A program made the translations under genes and the position numbers. Below are positions 61,155 to 64,000 of a DNA stretch of 64,000 nucleotides, one piece after another. The stretch comes from a virus. Location: the IMG/VR virus record IMGVR_UViG_3300017774_005745, positions 96,001 to 160,000 of that record, one strand, 5' to 3'. Position 1 is the first letter of the stretch; every line of letters begins with the position of its first letter. A model generated the notes under the pieces. The model searched no databases. It worked only from the letters and a program-made list of their open reading frames with translations, and was not told where the DNA came from.

Positions 61155-61742
61155 ATGGCTATTCCTAAGGAAGAGGAACAGGCCAACGCGAACAAGAAGA
61201 GGATAGACGACCTGACGTCTGTTCTTTTAGGGCTCGACCGTGCTTCGATTACAGAGCAGGCGTCCAAAGTCGCCAAGCACATTCAGAAGCCATTTCAGAT
61301 TGTAGTGTGCGGGGCCGCTGGAGCTTCCAAGACTACTTTCTCCAATGCTCTCAGTTCTGTCTTAGATATTCCTTCTTTTGATTTCGATGAGTACATCCAA
61401 GGCGGATGGACACAAGATAAAGCGAAGTACCAGGGTAGGATTCTCGACGGTCTCGACTCTCTCTGGGATGACCTGTCGAAGGCTTGGATTGTTGAGCATG
61501 TAGAAGCTTGCTCTCCTACCTTTCTACGTTCTCTAGACCCTAAATGGGCGATTCACCTACGTCCGGAAAAAGAACAACTGAAAGCAGTTGCGCAGACCCG
61601 AGACTTGGTATCGAATGAGTCAGACGGAGTACGTGCGCAACGAGCGATATCAACTTCCAGAACTTCTCTTACCCACTTCGAGTCCGCCCCAGGTAACGTA
61701 GTTGCTTCCGGTACTGGTTGGGTTCTAAAGGAACTCCGATGA
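61155..61742 (+). CDS. P-loop NMP/small-molecule kinase-like protein
   Basis: IVVCGAAGASKTT Walker A variant, then FDFDEY and WIVEHV. Confidence 0.7.
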   Translation: MAIPKEEEQANANKKRIDDLTSVLLGLDRASITEQASKVAKHIQKPFQIVVCGAAGASKTTFSNALSSVLDIPSFDFDEYIQGGWTQDKAKYQGRILDGLDSLWDDLSKAWIVEHVEACSPTFLRSLDPKWAIHLRPEKEQLKAVAQTRDLVSNESDGVRAQRAISTSRTSLTHFESAPGNVVASGTGWVLKELR

Positions 61743-62626
61743 ACTCTGAAACCTTTCTATCCTTCTCAGACGAGCTTCAGAAGATTGCTGCTCGTCGAGG
61801 GCTAAAAGAAATCAGAAAAGCTGTCGCAGGAGGTAACATCGAGAGAGCAAGCTCTCTTGCAAAGACTCCTGGAGTGCTGAAGCCAACAGCCCACGGTTCT
61901 GAGATTAAAGACCTGGGCCACGGCGGGGAGGGACTGGCGACTATGGTCGCCCACCCTCAACACGGCGTTGCGGTAAGAAAAATCTACAATCCAAATGCCG
62001 TTACTGATAAGCTCGTTGCGCGTAAAGAGCGAGCAGCGGAGCTTACGAAGAACAATCCGAACGTCGCTAAAACATACAGCGCCTCTAACACTCCAGGAGG
62101 TAGCCGTGCCCATATGATGGAGTACGTGCATGGCTCCGAAGTAAAGCCATCTCCTCAGAACTACCAAGCAGTAAAGAACACCCGTCAGTCTCTTCAGAAA
62201 GACCTCAAACGAGGTGGAATGGTAGCTCAAGATGTTCGACCGCAGAACATGATTCAAACTCCCTCCGGTCAAGCAAAGCTCGTAGATTACATCCCAGGAA
62301 AGACTGGTGACTTCGAGTCTGGGAACACCCGTAATCGAGTAAACCAGCAACTCAAGGCGCAGGGACAGTCTACTCTTCCAAAGAGTGCAATCTTAGGCAC
62401 TAACCAAGCTCCAGAGATGCTGAAGGGAGTTTCGTCCCACATGACTTCATCTGGACTTCTCAAAGGACAGGCATTTAGAGGAGCAACTCCTGGACACGCA
62501 ATGCCGCGTGGCAATACCGCTGCGACGAAGGTCACTCCAATGCCCTCTGCCGCCCCTCCAGTCCCTCCTGCACCAGCAGCAAATTTAAATGCTCCAACAA
62601 GGGCGGTAAGAGCTCCTCGAATCTAA
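61739..62626 (+). CDS. Hanks-type (Ser/Thr) protein kinase-like protein with the N-terminal F-x-D-E-L-x-K-I-A motif
   Basis: LGHGGEG Gly-loop, VAVRK, HMMEYVHG hinge, QDVRPQN catalytic loop, KLVDY; Pro/Ala tail. Confidence 0.8.
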   Translation: MNSETFLSFSDELQKIAARRGLKEIRKAVAGGNIERASSLAKTPGVLKPTAHGSEIKDLGHGGEGLATMVAHPQHGVAVRKIYNPNAVTDKLVARKERAAELTKNNPNVAKTYSASNTPGGSRAHMMEYVHGSEVKPSPQNYQAVKNTRQSLQKDLKRGGMVAQDVRPQNMIQTPSGQAKLVDYIPGKTGDFESGNTRNRVNQQLKAQGQSTLPKSAILGTNQAPEMLKGVSSHMTSSGLLKGQAFRGATPGHAMPRGNTAATKVTPMPSAAPPVPPAPAANLNAPTRAVRAPRI

Positions 62627-62759
62627 AAACACCCACATCCATCATCCCATGGTTGGTCCTGTCACCGATGTGGGTGGTCACTTCTTCGTAGAGGTGCGCA
62701 CGTAGTTAGAAGCAACATTCTTCTACTTCCTTTTACCTTTCTTTCTCGGAAATTAGTGC

Positions 62760-63029
62760 ATGAAAACTTTCAAAGAAACACTCGAAGAAGTAAGACGCCT
62801 CAAAGGCAGAAGGATTGTCTTGCGTCATCTCGCCGACCTTTTGGAGAGCGAGTTCCTCGCCGCTTCAGATGAAGCACTACCGAAACATCTCCTACTGTCC
62901 GAAGATAAGGTTCCAGTCAGTGCTGATGTATTTGACAGCGTAGTTGCAGACCTGTTGAGCGAAATAAAAGACATTGAAGACAAAGTTCATGATATCGATC
63001 AACTCACTCTAACGCCCCCTAAGGGGTAA
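62760..63029 (+). CDS. Hypothetical protein
   Basis: Co-oriented, helical. Confidence 0.7.
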   Translation: MKTFKETLEEVRRLKGRRIVLRHLADLLESEFLAASDEALPKHLLLSEDKVPVSADVFDSVVADLLSEIKDIEDKVHDIDQLTLTPPKG

Positions 63030-63042
63030 CACAGGATACACC

Positions 63043-63582
63043 ATGTCAGATTCACGAGCACTCGGGGTTGTCTCACTGAAGAACAATATCGACGCGAAGA
63101 GACAGGCCATTCGTGAAGAGAAGAAGCGCCGCCTGATGAACAAGGGAATTAGCGAGGAGCGCGCTGAGGAGATGGTCTCCATGCAGGAGCATGACAACGT
63201 CTCGGACGAGAAGAAGATTACACGTCTTGAGAACCTCTTCATCCAGACGTTCCAGGGCCTCCAGAGAGACATCCTTGCCCTCCGCCACAATGACGGCGTC
63301 ATTGCAGATGCGATGGACATCAACCTCAAGGCAATGTCCAAGAGCCTGGAGAAGGCAGGAGTCAGCAAGGAGCAGCAGGGCGAGATTATCAAGGAAGTAG
63401 AGATGGAGCTGCGTGAAGAGCAGCGGAAGAAGCTTGAGGCCCAAGAGATGGCTCGAAAGATGTCAGAAGACCAGCTTGAGAAGGAGCGTATGGACGCTCT
63501 TGCGAAGGAAGATAAGGGTCTCCAGACTTCCGAGCCAGAGGGTTCTGAGATTCCGACGGAAGCTTCTGTCTTCGGGGGCTAA
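63043..63582 (+). CDS. Coiled-coil E/K-rich hypothetical protein
   Basis: AGGA RBS. Confidence 0.8.
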   Translation: MSDSRALGVVSLKNNIDAKRQAIREEKKRRLMNKGISEERAEEMVSMQEHDNVSDEKKITRLENLFIQTFQGLQRDILALRHNDGVIADAMDINLKAMSKSLEKAGVSKEQQGEIIKEVEMELREEQRKKLEAQEMARKMSEDQLEKERMDALAKEDKGLQTSEPEGSEIPTEASVFGG

Positions 63583-63584
63583 AA

Positions 63585-63616
63585 AAGAAGGGCCTCCAAA
63601 AGAGGCCCCCTTTCTT
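63585..63616. terminator. Bidirectional terminator between convergent genes
   Basis: AAGAAGGGCCTC/GAGGCCCCCTTTCTT imperfect stem, A-run on one side. Confidence 0.7.
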
Positions 63617-64000
63617 AATCTACTGTAACCGTTCTCTTGTACTCAGTGAGATTGACCATCGCTTCCTGGCCCTTCTCTTCTGCAATCTCGTCGATAGCGA
63701 ACTCGCTCAACGAGGCGAGAACTTCCTTGAGGCCCTCTTTGGCGGCCTCAGTCGAGTTGATGCCAGCCGCACTCTTCTCGAAGTCAATCTTTCCATCACT
63801 GAGGTAGGCGTACTTCTGTTTCAAGTCGTCCAGTACCTTGGTGATGTCTGATTTTCCGAAGTCCAGTGCCTTGAACGTTTCAAAGGCATCAAACAGCGGC
63901 TTGAGATTCTTCGGGTTGAGCTTCCCCTGCTTCTTCAGGAGCTCATTGGCGTGCGCAGCAGCCTCGCCAAGCGCTTTGTGCATCAACACGGCAGTCTCTT
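63615..64000 (-). CDS. C-terminal part of a helical hypothetical protein (continues beyond the window)
   Basis: Frame open to the window end; stop at 63615. Confidence 0.7.
   Translation of the reverse strand, partial: ETAVLMHKALGEAAAHANELLKKQGKLNPKNLKPLFDAFETFKALDFGKSDITKVLDDLKQKYAYLSDGKIDFEKSAAGINSTEAAKEGLKEVLASLSEFAIDEIAEEKGQEAMVNLTEYKRTVTVD

Noticed and set aside
62630-62690. ACCCACATC/GATGTGGGT inverted repeat after the kinase gene
   Set aside because: Long irregular loop, no U-tract and no second copy; cannot distinguish it from chance or a weak terminator.
1-64000. CRISPR array, tRNA, rRNA or tmRNA
   Set aside because: No regularly spaced direct repeats and no cloverleaf/T-loop pattern seen by eye. 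A tRNAscan/Infernal run would be needed to exclude them fully.
1-64000. Stop-codon reassignment, as in some large phages
   Set aside because: Long genes (sheath, the 1752 aa protein, AAA+) are intact under code 11, and TAA, TAG and TGA all terminate genes with tight coupling.
1-64000. Integrase, transposase, intron or intein
   Set aside because: No tyrosine/serine recombinase, DDE, LAGLIDADG/HNH or intein splice motifs recognised.

Overview
This window is a 64 kb piece of a large (jumbo-type) contractile-tailed phage genome. It uses genetic code 11, is roughly 50-55% GC by eye, and shows no cellular housekeeping genes, tRNAs, rRNAs or CRISPR arrays that I could detect. It has three blocks. 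(1) 1-20.6 kb, + strand: virion genes, including fibre/baseplate-type proteins (beta-helix, LamG, a 1752 aa repeat protein, Asp-box), neck/stopper/terminator-like proteins, a 1217 aa tail sheath and the tail tube. (2) 20.7-52.3 kb, mostly - strand: about 70 short accessory genes in small units, many preceded by one recurring non-canonical promoter-like motif. Recognisable products include a cold-shock protein, radical SAM, a collagen-like lipoprotein, Bro-N, dCMP deaminase and an AAA+ ATPase. Two candidate C-rich small RNAs also lie here. (3) 52.4-63.6 kb, + strand: late/assembly genes, including a tail assembly chaperone with an A-AAA-AAT -1 frameshift site, GroES, a HAD-fold protein, a CHAP-like hydrolase, an ADP-ribosyltransferase-SWIM fusion, a P-loop kinase and a Hanks-type protein kinase. 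The most striking signal is an N-terminal nonapeptide, F-x-[DS]-E-L-x-K-I-A, shared by four otherwise unrelated proteins, among them the ART and the protein kinase. I infer it may be a capsid-targeting/processing tag for virion-packaged, injected effectors. All product calls come from motif recognition by eye; no database search was run.
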